From an uncultured Nitrososphaerota archaeon (GTDB lineage Archaea; Thermoproteota; Nitrososphaeria; Nitrososphaerales; CADDZS01), in contig CAWCYI010000006.1 of NCBI GenBank assembly GCA_963799845.1, positions 704,001 through 768,000 of the forward strand: a stretch of DNA of 64,000 nucleotides, written 5' to 3'. Shown one piece after another: positions 48,521-57,734 of this stretch. The notes under the pieces are model-generated. The model was not told the origin of the DNA and did no database searches. It saw only the letters and a list, made by a program, of their open reading frames with translations. A program made the position numbers and the translations under genes. Each line of letters begins with the position of its first letter. Position 1 is the first letter of the stretch.

Positions 48521-49431
48521 GTGATCCTCGGTTTCGCAATTCTGATTTCACTAAATTTGTTTTCTTTTCTTCTAGCTTATCCAAACATATCTCAGCTAAA
48601 TTCGGGATGTTGTGGAACGACGCTTCTAGCAAAAGACTTTTCAGCATTTTACGTCGGTGCGTGGCGGCTCTTCAGCGATCCATCCCAAGTTTACTTTCAC
48701 GGCAACCTGAACGATGGGGGATCTCAGATTTATCCTCAGCCCGAGCAGTTCAAGTATCTCCCCTCTTTCTTGTTCATAGTTGCACCATTGATCTTCGAAA
48801 CATACAATCAGACAATTGTCACCTTTGACATCATCCAATTTCTTCTACTCCCCCTTGTTGCACTACTCATTTACAAGCTCGTAATCCCAAAGGGACTGTT
48901 GCTTACTTTTCTTGCAGGACTCCCCGCCCTGCTATTGCTGTCGCCCGGGATCCTCTGGGGATTTTCAGCCGCATTCTACTGGCAGTGGTCGGAGGGTCAG
49001 TCGAAGGTTCTTGAGACATTCTTGCTCTTGCTTTCTCTGTATCTTGCTTATACGAAAAAACCCAGATTTTCCGGAGTGCTTCAAGAATATCTTTTTTCGA
49101 CCCGAGGTTTTCGCTTATTGCTCTGCCGCTGTTTCTCACGTTCAACAAGCAGAAGTTACGTGCTTCGTTAACGGTTCTCGTGGCGACCGTAATAATTAGC
49201 AACCTGCCGCTTTTGTATCCCGGCATGGGGCCGGGATTTCTATCGATGCTGATTTCGACCGGATTAAGAACCGAACTCTATCCTTACGCGCTCATGCTAT
49301 TCGTTACCATCCTGGTGCTGAGTCTCGTCTATCACGAAGAAGTATCTAGCGCCTACAGGGAGTTTCGAGCCAAGAATCGGACCGCTGAATCCACTGAAAA
49401 CGGTCAAGTCGTGGTTACTCCTTTGTCTTGA
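48521..49431 (+). CDS. GT87/DUF2029-like membrane glycosyltransferase; frameshift at ~49085
   Basis: KDFSAFY, FKYLP, EGQ, multi-TM. Continues in a shifted frame FDPRFSLIALP into ORF 49180-49431. Confidence 0.7.
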
Positions 49432-49511
49432 TGTGGGATAATACTATTAGCCTAGAAATGTGCTAGCTGTATGCTCTTGATTATGTTTGAAAATTTTGTG
49501 GTGATATTTGA

Positions 49512-51581
49512 TTGATCGAGTCGGTTCTGCAAATAGATTTTAGCGATCCCACGATCGCTACCGCGACTATTTTGATAATAATAATCGCGCTCGTTTTATT
49601 CTACGTCTTTATCGGCCGCGGGATATTCCTCGTACGTGACAATCAGATCGGTGTCCTGACGAAGAAATTCGGCGGTCAGAGGATGCCACAGGGTCAGATA
49701 ATTGCCCGCAAAAATCAGATCGGAATCCAGGCGCACACCCTAATGCCGGGCCTGTATGTCAGGAATCCAATCATATGGCAGATAAAGAAATTTCCGATAA
49801 CCGAGATTGGGGAAGAACAAGTTGGAGTGGTCGAATCAATCGATGGAGAGGCTCTCCCCAAAGCTCGCCTACTTGGCGATGCCATAGAATGCGCGCATTT
49901 CCAAGATGGTGAAACTTTCCTCGATAACCACGGGAAGAAGGGACCTCAGGTGGACATACTTCAACCTGGGAAGTACAGGATCAACCCACTTCTGTTCAAG
50001 ATCACTCCCCAACCTGCGACGATGATTGGATCAAACGAGGTTGCGATCTTGATTGCGCAGGATGGCATACCACTCCCATCAGATTACATTGTCGCTCCGA
50101 AGCCTCTTGAAAAGCCGGATCCGGAGGGCAAATTCCCGAATGCGCGTCCGCATCACTATTTTCAGGACGGCCAGGCGTTCATTGATAGCGGAGGTTTCCG
50201 GGGCCCGCAACAAGACACGCTGCAGCCTGGAAAATACTACATCAATACGCTGCTATTTACGGTAACAAAGGTTCCGAAATTCGAAGTTCCGCCTGGCTTC
50301 GTTGCGGTTTTAAGATCTAACGTTGGGAAGGAGATCGTCCAGTCGCAGACTGTTCCCATGGCAGTCAGTCAGGCTTCAAGTCTCAGTTCTACTCTGGTCT
50401 CGGATGTCGAAAAAGTTCTCATCTCCGACGTGAACCAGAGGGGCATCTACGACAAACCGCTCACGCCCGGTACCTATAATTTGAACACTATCGCCTTCAC
50501 CGCGTACCCCGTCCCGACAAGCGCGATTATGGTTGACTGGGCGGATACCGAAAGCCCTCTCGCAGCAACAATGTCTCGCCCCGAAGCGACACCAGCCAAG
50601 AACATCTCGGCATATCCTTACCTCTCAGACCAGACGGTCAAGGGGATCTCGTATTTTCAATTCAGCCAATTGAACGTAGTTTCAAAGGACGGGTTCCAGC
50701 TGGAGGTAAGCGTCCGAATGATCATTCGAGTAGCGCCGGAGAACGCAGCTTTTGTAATCGCGCGATTCGGCTCTGTGTTCAATTTGATCAGTCAGATAGT
50801 CCACCCGCTGATCGATTCGTCGTTCAGGAACAGTGCCGGTGAAAAGAAAGCGCTGGAATTTTTCCAGAGCAGGTCTGATCTCCAGAAGGAAGCGCTGGAA
50901 CGAGCCAAGATGGAATTTGAAAAGTATCACGTCGAAGCCCAGAACCTGTTGATTTCTTACATCGACATTCTTGACAAGAGTCTCCTCGACACACAAACTC
51001 AGAAAGAAATCGCGCTTCAACAGCAGGCGCAATATCAGGAGCAGGCGAAGGCTCAGGAACAGAGAATCGACGTTGAAACAAAGAAAGCAAACGCCGACAA
51101 GCAGCCAGACGTGGTCGCATCAAAGCTGCAAATCACCATAAATCAAAACCTCGCGCAGGCCCAGATTGAGCAAGCGAAAGGAATCAGCGTTTCTACAAGT
51201 ACCCAGGCTGACGGGCAGTCGGAAGCCATCAGGAAGGTGGGTCAGGCGCAGGCGGACGCATATAGGGCTCAGGTACTAGCTTTAGGGCAAAACAACGTCG
51301 CGATGGTGAACGTGATGGACAGGGTGAAGGACGGCAAGATTCAGATTACGCCGCAGACCCTCGTCGTCTCGGGCGGCAAGGACGGGGAAACTACGTCCAC
51401 TCTTTTCTCGGCTTATCTCGCCACACTTATGCAGAAGGGCACGCCCCAATTCAAAGATGACAGTGGAGACTCCCAGAAGAGCGAATCAAGTCAGGTTTCG
51501 ACATCGGCGACCGGTAGCGCGTCTACATACATGGTCGGCTCGGATAAAGTGAAGAAAATGTCCGGCAATAATCAACCGTAG
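49512..51581 (+). CDS. SPFH/band-7 (flotillin-like) membrane protein with repeated N-terminal modules
   Basis: N-terminal TM; four G.Q...L.PG.Y repeats; SKDGF...ARFGS...FRNSA band-7 domain; AQ-rich coiled coil. Confidence 0.9.
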   Translation: MIESVLQIDFSDPTIATATILIIIIALVLFYVFIGRGIFLVRDNQIGVLTKKFGGQRMPQGQIIARKNQIGIQAHTLMPGLYVRNPIIWQIKKFPITEIGEEQVGVVESIDGEALPKARLLGDAIECAHFQDGETFLDNHGKKGPQVDILQPGKYRINPLLFKITPQPATMIGSNEVAILIAQDGIPLPSDYIVAPKPLEKPDPEGKFPNARPHHYFQDGQAFIDSGGFRGPQQDTLQPGKYYINTLLFTVTKVPKFEVPPGFVAVLRSNVGKEIVQSQTVPMAVSQASSLSSTLVSDVEKVLISDVNQRGIYDKPLTPGTYNLNTIAFTAYPVPTSAIMVDWADTESPLAATMSRPEATPAKNISAYPYLSDQTVKGISYFQFSQLNVVSKDGFQLEVSVRMIIRVAPENAAFVIARFGSVFNLISQIVHPLIDSSFRNSAGEKKALEFFQSRSDLQKEALERAKMEFEKYHVEAQNLLISYIDILDKSLLDTQTQKEIALQQQAQYQEQAKAQEQRIDVETKKANADKQPDVVASKLQITINQNLAQAQIEQAKGISVSTSTQADGQSEAIRKVGQAQADAYRAQVLALGQNNVAMVNVMDRVKDGKIQITPQTLVVSGGKDGETTSTLFSAYLATLMQKGTPQFKDDSGDSQKSESSQVSTSATGSASTYMVGSDKVKKMSGNNQP

Positions 51582-51587
51582 ATAGAA

Positions 51588-51914
51588 TTGATAGCCCGCA
51601 CAAAATTCCGAAGAAATGGAATAGGTCATCTGGTCTACGCTCTTGTCATAATCGGGATAGTCATAATCATCATCCTCGTGACAGTTATCCTCACGAGGAA
51701 TCAACAGCTTTCAAATCAGGCGCAGGCGGAAGTTTCTTACTTCAACAACCAGCCGCCAATCCCGACCCAAAGCTGTACTGTGCTGAACATTAATTATCAG
51801 AGGGCCACTCAGGATATTTCGACGTATTCTTCGTTTGTTCCCTCCAACTATTTTCAAAATCTTTCAAATCAGTATCTTTCGGAAATAAACGCGAAGACCT
51901 GTCCTTCAAGCTAG
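51588..51914 (+). CDS. small secreted/pilin-like protein (class III signal peptide)
   Basis: FRRNG/IGHLVYALVIIGIVIIIILV; two Cys. Confidence 0.6.
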   Translation: MIARTKFRRNGIGHLVYALVIIGIVIIIILVTVILTRNQQLSNQAQAEVSYFNNQPPIPTQSCTVLNINYQRATQDISTYSSFVPSNYFQNLSNQYLSEINAKTCPSS

Positions 51915-51924
51915 GTGATCGAAG

Positions 51925-52770
51925 TTGAAAGAACATGACGCTATCGTGAACGGGATCAATATCCATTACGTCACATGGAACAGCGGTTCAACAACTGATC
52001 GACCGCCCGTTCTTCTGGTGCACGGCCTGACTTCGAGCTCTCGCGCCTGGGTGAAACTCGGGGATTTCTTGGCATCGAAGGGTATGTACGTAATCGCCCC
52101 GGATTTGAGGGGGCGAGGGCTGAGCGATAAGCCTCCTCACGGATACGGCATCGCATTTCACGCCAACGATTTAATCGCCCTTTGCGATTCGCTCGGGCTG
52201 TCTAAAGTAATTTTCGTAGGACACTCGCTAGGTGCGGCCATCGGTCTCTACTTTTGCGCGTTGTTTCCGAATCGTGTTGAGAAGTTCGTCCTGATCGATG
52301 CAGGAGTAAGGCTACCCCCGGAGATACTGCAGGCTATTGGAGCTTCACTAAACAGGTTGGGGCAGGTCTATCCGTCGATTGATTCATACCTCGCGCTCTG
52401 CAAGCAGATCCCTTTTCACAAGTGGGACTCTTTCTGGGAGGAGTACTATCGGTATGATGCTGATGTGAGAGAAGATGGCACCGTAACTTCCAGAGTACCC
52501 AAATCGGTGATTCAGGAAGAAATCGCGGCCAATTCCATCATCAACACGGAACTGCTTGTACCGCTTGTTAAGGTCCCGACTCTATTGGTCCGTGCCACAG
52601 TTGGCACCCTAGGCGCAGATCGGGGATTGTTGCTAACTCGCGAAGAAGCGGAACGGCTTCAAGGGATAATCAAGGGCAGCACAATCGTCGAAATTCCCAA
52701 TACCAATCACTACACAATTATTATCTCTGAAGATTTCGAAAGAGAAGTTTCCAATTTCTTGGAAAAGTGA
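51925..52770 (+). CDS. alpha/beta hydrolase
   Basis: LVHG, DLRGRGLS, GHSLG nucleophile elbow, NH near the C-terminus. Confidence 0.92.
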   Translation: MKEHDAIVNGINIHYVTWNSGSTTDRPPVLLVHGLTSSSRAWVKLGDFLASKGMYVIAPDLRGRGLSDKPPHGYGIAFHANDLIALCDSLGLSKVIFVGHSLGAAIGLYFCALFPNRVEKFVLIDAGVRLPPEILQAIGASLNRLGQVYPSIDSYLALCKQIPFHKWDSFWEEYYRYDADVREDGTVTSRVPKSVIQEEIAANSIINTELLVPLVKVPTLLVRATVGTLGADRGLLLTREEAERLQGIIKGSTIVEIPNTNHYTIIISEDFEREVSNFLEK

Positions 52771-52905
52771 ATCAATTATGTTCTGAAAAGGCACTCAGAA
52801 CATAATTCGAATCCGAAAAAATAGAAAGGGTGCACTAAAGCGATGCAAATACGGATCGTGGCTCCAGAACTATTTTAGCAATTTGTCTATTATTGTTTCG
52901 TTATA

Positions 52906-53271
52906 TTGACTCTCGACTCGAAAGAAAGAGGTACCTTTCTTTCATCCTCGCGTAAAAGTGATGATGCTCCAACCATGCAGATTGTAGACTGCATCGAAAG
53001 GGGTTTGAACCACTATGGCGCGACTATGACGCGAGTAGTCTTCTGGAACTTCGAGAAGAAGTTTGGGCTTCAAAAAGCAGACATTTCAAAGTATCCCGAG
53101 AAATTCGTCCTGTCAATCGAAGGGATGTTTGCGGGGGGAGCTCCAAATGTCGAGAGATCCATCATCCAAGAAATGAAATCTTCTATCACTCATTGCGAGT
53201 TGGACGATTCTAATTTAGTTACGGCTTTGAAACAAGCAAGGGCATTTTATCAGAGGAACAGAGAGGATTAA
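52906..53271 (+). CDS. DUF3227/NitrOD5-like small helical protein
   Basis: IVDCIERGL..YG...V.W.FEKKFG....I..YPEKF...IEGMF.GGA..VER.II.EM. Confidence 0.7.
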   Translation: MTLDSKERGTFLSSSRKSDDAPTMQIVDCIERGLNHYGATMTRVVFWNFEKKFGLQKADISKYPEKFVLSIEGMFAGGAPNVERSIIQEMKSSITHCELDDSNLVTALKQARAFYQRNRED

Positions 53272-53287
53272 GGTAGTGAAAAATTAG

Positions 53288-54751
53288 ATGGGTCAAAAAG
53301 AAGTAACTACATATGAGACCTCCACTAATGTCAATCGTTCAAAAGTAGGGCCGACTCCTGAAACGAATCTGACTAATAACGGCCTGCTTGATTTGTTGCT
53401 TGCACCACAGATCAGATTCATCTTACTCAAAGGAGAGCCTGGAACCGGTAAAACCACACTCGCGATAGATCTGCTTACCAAATACGGAAAGGGCATGTAT
53501 ATCTCGACGAGATCGTCTCTTGAGCAGGCGACGATTCAGAACCGAATGCTTCGCGAGTTAGTCCAGAAAGGATTGGTCTCCGAACCCAATTTCGCTCGGG
53601 AAAACAAAGTCAGCTTCGCCGACTACAGGCTTGGTCTCCCTGAAAATATCATTCAGGCAGTAATCGAGAACTCTCGGAAATCAAAAGATGATGAAAAGCT
53701 GGTCGTACTGGACTCCTGGGATGCGTTTGCAAAACTACTGGATCCGATAGACAGACAAAAGACGGAGCAATCCATGCTTGCAATTTCCGAAGCAAACGGT
53801 ATCAGGCTTCTGTTCGTCAGCGAAACGGCAGAGCCTACTGCAATGGACTACATGGCCGATGCTGTTCTTGCAATGGAGGACAATTTATTCGAGGGTCAAC
53901 GTGTCCGCAGAGTGATCTGGAAGAAATTGAGGGGATTCGAGATTCCTCACAGGAACTATCCCTACACCTTGCACGGAGGAAAGTTTTTGATGATTGACAC
54001 TCCTATGACCTTCACTTACCCCGCAAATCCCACCAGAACACCGTTTGCTGGAAGGAAGCACGGAACGAATTCGTACTCCACGGGGATTGAAGCTTTGGAC
54101 TCTTTCCTTGGCAGTGGCCTTGCCAAAGGAAGTCTTGTTCTCTTGGAGTTGGGCGCAAACATCGGTTCCCTTTCACATATTCCTGTGATCACTACAATAG
54201 TTGGCAACTTTATAGCAAACGGCGGGTGTAGCATTTCACTCCCCTCCGTGGGAATTACTCCGAAGAGGGCAAAGGGGATGGGGCTGAGACGTTTTTCACC
54301 CGAGGTCGTAAATTCCAGACTCCGAATCTGTCACTTCGATTCTGAAGAAAACGATCCCTGCTTTGTTCAATTGGACAGAAATTCACTCGAAAGAACCTTT
54401 GAGCTGATCAGAAATGCGGTTATTTCTCTGAAAGGTTCCGAACAGCGCAGCTGCTTCATCTATCTCGGAATGGAGATGATGGAATATCTGTTCGGATCGG
54501 AAAAATTAGGCGGGATAGGAGTCGAAATTAACCAAGAATTGAAGAAGACGGGAGATATCGCGATCTGCGGATTGAAAAGCGGATCGGCCTTGGCTTCGAA
54601 GCTTTCAAACTCGTCCGACATTCATCTCAGACTGGATCAGGTAGACGGCGCGCTGATGCTTTACTCCGTTAAACCGCCGTCTTCCATTTACCACTTCAAG
54701 GTCGAGCAAGTAGAAGGAAACATCAAGATCGAGCTCATACCGATGGTTTGA
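53288..54751 (+). CDS. KaiC/GvpD/RAD55-family double-domain ATPase
   Basis: KGEPGTGKTT, VLDSWD, DYMAD, KKLRG. Second degenerate domain STGIEALDSFLG.GL..GSLVLLE. Confidence 0.85.
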   Translation: MGQKEVTTYETSTNVNRSKVGPTPETNLTNNGLLDLLLAPQIRFILLKGEPGTGKTTLAIDLLTKYGKGMYISTRSSLEQATIQNRMLRELVQKGLVSEPNFARENKVSFADYRLGLPENIIQAVIENSRKSKDDEKLVVLDSWDAFAKLLDPIDRQKTEQSMLAISEANGIRLLFVSETAEPTAMDYMADAVLAMEDNLFEGQRVRRVIWKKLRGFEIPHRNYPYTLHGGKFLMIDTPMTFTYPANPTRTPFAGRKHGTNSYSTGIEALDSFLGSGLAKGSLVLLELGANIGSLSHIPVITTIVGNFIANGGCSISLPSVGITPKRAKGMGLRRFSPEVVNSRLRICHFDSEENDPCFVQLDRNSLERTFELIRNAVISLKGSEQRSCFIYLGMEMMEYLFGSEKLGGIGVEINQELKKTGDIAICGLKSGSALASKLSNSSDIHLRLDQVDGALMLYSVKPPSSIYHFKVEQVEGNIKIELIPMV

Positions 54752-54837
54752 TGCAGCCTAGAACCGTTACTGACAGATTCTGGCTAAAGTCCTATTAACT
54801 CCCTTAGGAGAATTCCTAAATAATACATTAGGAATGA

Positions 54838-55293
54838 ATGTCCAGTAAAATGGAATCCGAGCGCAAGGCGTGGTCAAAAACTAAGGGTATCACTGCTATA
54901 ATTATCGTGTATGCTAGTATCATTGCCATCTTGTTCGTCAATGCCAATTTTAACAAACCACAGGTCAATCTTACGGGCTTGGGACTCACTGGGAATGTCC
55001 CGTGCTCACCCTGCATCTCGTATTTCGGCTCGAGCATCCAGAATGCGAGCAAGACAGATTCAATACTGGCCGGAGACCAGTTCAACGTGACAACTATTTC
55101 TGACCATCAAGGTTCTCAAACTCACAAGATCACTAACATTTCTATTCTCAGCCCCGGCTTTACGCTGATCTCCGCTTTTCCATCGCTGCCGATCGTTTTG
55201 ACTCCCAAGCATCACACAAAGATAACGATCGTGGTCGAGGCTCCCGATCAGGCTTACACTGGCCTATTGGTCTATCAAATTACGGCATCTTGA
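54838..55293 (+). CDS. membrane-anchored Ig-like beta protein (possible class III signal)
   Basis: KTKG/ITAIIIV; CSPC; ITNISILSPGF...P.LPI...YTG.L. Confidence 0.6.
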   Translation: MSSKMESERKAWSKTKGITAIIIVYASIIAILFVNANFNKPQVNLTGLGLTGNVPCSPCISYFGSSIQNASKTDSILAGDQFNVTTISDHQGSQTHKITNISILSPGFTLISAFPSLPIVLTPKHHTKITIVVEAPDQAYTGLLVYQITAS

Positions 55294-55378
55294 ACATAAG
55301 ACGTAGAATTTCTTTCAATCCTATAAGACACCCTTTGTTGGAATCTTTGTATCCTGCTCTTTCGTAATGAGGAGTAGC

Positions 55379-55654
55379 TCATTTGTTAGAGGAGAGTAAT
55401 TCAGATTCCAATAGCTCAATTTCCTTCTGAACGGCGTCGCGTTCAACCACGATCTTCAGGTTCGAATCCGTACCGGAGTAGGTGCCCAAAATATTCAAAG
55501 TCAATGTCAGTTGAACGAGGGCTCTTCTCTTTTCAGCCAACTGCTCGACTTTATCAAATACATCCTGCGTCTTTAGCAATGCAGTCATTGCCATGCAACA
55601 CCACTGCCATAAGTATTGAATATTCTCCGATTTAGGGGATTTTACGTAATTCAA
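55379..55654 (-). CDS. hypothetical small helical protein
   Basis: ORF divergent from 55824. Coiled-coil-like tail. Start uncertain. Confidence 0.4.
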   Translation of the reverse strand: MNYVKSPKSENIQYLWQWCCMAMTALLKTQDVFDKVEQLAEKRRALVQLTLTLNILGTYSGTDSNLKIVVERDAVQKEIELLESELLSSNK

Positions 55655-55720
55655 TGTGAAACCTTTCCGGGCGTTATTGATTATGGCAAGAAAAACTGCC
55701 CTTCTTTTCTTATCGTCTCA

Positions 55721-55823
55721 TATTGCCGTTTTCAATAATTAGTTATGCACGGGAGTTGGGAAAGTGGCATTCAGGGTTAAATCTCAATAGGGACCCCAAA
55801 TTACGGTTAGAGTTTAACCAATC
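55721..55823 (+). promoter_or_regulatory. conserved upstream region, copy 1
   Basis: TATTGCCGTTTTCAATAATT (55721-55740), TGGCATTCAGGGTTAAATC (55765-55783), AGTTTAACC. All three recur before 56547. Confidence 0.75.
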
Positions 55824-56123
55824 ATGGAAACGTATGAACTGGTTCAATGCGTGGAGAGAGGACTGAGTTTTTTCGGCGCAAATATGAAACAGGCCGCATA
55901 TTCGTCATTTTCATCTCGGAAACGAATAGGCTCTGAAGATATCTTAGCTAATCCCTGTGAGTTTGTCAATGCGTTGAAAGACGTTTTCGGTCCTGGATAC
56001 CCGCTCGCGGAACGCGCAATCGTGAAGGAAATAAAGAGTGAATTCGAGCTATTCTCTCCGTCCAGGTCATACAACCTTCAGGACGCCCTGGAGAACGCGA
56101 AAATCAAAATCGCCGAGATATGA
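55824..56123 (+). CDS. DUF3227/NitrOD5-like protein, paralog 2
   Basis: LVQCVERGLSFFG...ILANP.EF..ALK.VFG.GY.LAER.IVKEI. Confidence 0.75.
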   Translation: METYELVQCVERGLSFFGANMKQAAYSSFSSRKRIGSEDILANPCEFVNALKDVFGPGYPLAERAIVKEIKSEFELFSPSRSYNLQDALENAKIKIAEI

Positions 56124-56445
56124 GAACCCCAAGAAAATCGTAAAATGACCTTTTTGGGTTGGGAACCAAGAAAATCAGATTGTTGCTTAATGTTTATCTT
56201 GAATTTTCTGAATCGGTAGCTCCATGAATAAACCTTCAAAATCAATCTATTGCCGCACGTTGAAAGCTTCCTCTCATATTGCGGTATCAGCAGTTGCCAT
56301 GATGATCTTGAGCTTTGGATGCAGTTCTTGAAAAGCTTGATAGTTTCGATTCCATTCACATTGATAAATGGCATTATCATTCTTGACATTTCAGCCAGTC
56401 GAACCTATTCAATAGCGTAGTCGAGGAGTCTTTTCCATAGTCTTC

Positions 56446-56546
56446 TATTGCCGTTTTCAATAATTGATCATACACCAATCTCCGGAAATATGGCATTCAG
56501 GGTTAAATCCCCCCGTTGGCCTTGGCTAGGATTAGTTTAACCTATC
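56446..56546 (+). promoter_or_regulatory. conserved upstream region, copy 2
   Basis: TATTGCCGTTTTCAATAATT (56446-56465), TGGCATTCAGGGTTAAATC (56491-56509), AGTTTAACC. Confidence 0.75.
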
Positions 56547-56978
56547 ATGGAAATGTCTGACCTAGTTCAATGTGTGGACAGAGCGCTGAGTTCTTTCGGT
56601 ATGAACATGAAGCAGGCCACATACTTCTCAATGGAATCTCGGGAAGGAATGGGCTCCGACGAGATCTTGTCGAATCCCGAAGCATTTATTCGCACGTTGA
56701 AAAATACATTCGGGTCAGGATATCAGCTTGCCGAACGCAGGATCGTAAAAGAAATAAACGTGCTATGTTCTCCGTCCAGGTCATGCAACCTTCTTGACGC
56801 CTTGGAGATGGCGAGAAGCAAAGTCACCGATTTCAGAAGCGATCGAGATTCTGCACAATTCATGAATTGGGCGGCAGCCATGGGCCCAGAGCTGGACGCC
56901 GATGCTCAAGTGGCTCCAGTCGCTAATTTTGGTTCCGGGAACCTTACTGTATCTTTGGTTCGATTGAAGAAAGCTTAG
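56547..56978 (+). CDS. DUF3227/NitrOD5-like protein, paralog 3
   Basis: LVQCVDRALSSFG.NMKQA...ILSNPEAF..TLK.TFG.GY.LAER.IVKEI; close paralog of 55824. Confidence 0.75.
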   Translation: MEMSDLVQCVDRALSSFGMNMKQATYFSMESREGMGSDEILSNPEAFIRTLKNTFGSGYQLAERRIVKEINVLCSPSRSCNLLDALEMARSKVTDFRSDRDSAQFMNWAAAMGPELDADAQVAPVANFGSGNLTVSLVRLKKA

Positions 56979-57447
56979 AAATGAGGGTTGCTGTTACTTC
57001 TTCAATAGTTGACTCGGGAACTCTAGTCGAAAACCGTCGACAAGGTAACAGAGCTATGTGGGAAAGAAGCTTACAACTTCACTTTTGATTACTTTTGAAA
57101 AAGGGTAAGGATTTTACACAATTCTATTTGAAAGGGAAAACAAACCACAGGATGCGTCTATGGAAATCTCTAAGATTCATTCTTAGAATCGATAGACTCT
57201 GAAGCAAATAAGGACTCAAAATTGAGTTCCCAAACTTATGCCCCTTAACTTAGCAGAATCCAAAATTAGTTTCTCATAATATGGTTAGTTGGAATTTTCC
57301 AATCTGGCTCAATCGAAAAATGAGTCGACAGAATCGCAAAGGTCGCCATTTTCATGGCATATCTTAATGTCGAGTAAGGATTAATGATCTCGTTTAACGG
57401 AAAGAAACTGTTATTCTCGCTGTGGATGCGGAATACAAGCTTACGTA

Positions 57448-57734
57448 ATGCTTGGAAAGCAAGTAATCTTTGTAGACCCGTGGGGTACCACACAATTCTG
57501 CCACAGCTGCCTCCAATGGGTTCCAAAGAATTTAGGAGAAAGGGAACATGACTGCCCCAAATGCGGGATCAAACTATCAAGAGACCTCAATTCTGCAAAA
57601 TTGATTAGAAGGCTTGGCATCCAGAAAAGAAGCCCGCCCTCGGACGGGGAGTCGTCATCCGCTGAGCTTTTGCCTCTACCATCTCTGAGGAGAATGGCAA
57701 GCATTGGTGAGGAAGCGGGAGGCCTACGAATGAA
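57448..57734 (+). pseudogene. tnpB: TnpB C-terminal remnant (Zn finger plus RuvC-III) of an IS200/IS605 element
   Basis: VDPWGTTQFCHSC...HDCPKCG..LSRDLNSA. The right-end hairpin is split by IS1182 and completed at 59369-59390 (...GGAGGACGTCAC). Confidence 0.85.

Noticed and set aside
53288-54751. Gas vesicle or circadian clock locus
   Set aside because: GvpD/KaiC-like ATPase only; no gvpA/C/N or kaiA/B in the window.
56980-57440. Possible gene in the AT-rich stretch before the TnpB remnant
   Set aside because: Only short, interrupted frames with no recognisable motif; cannot be supported.
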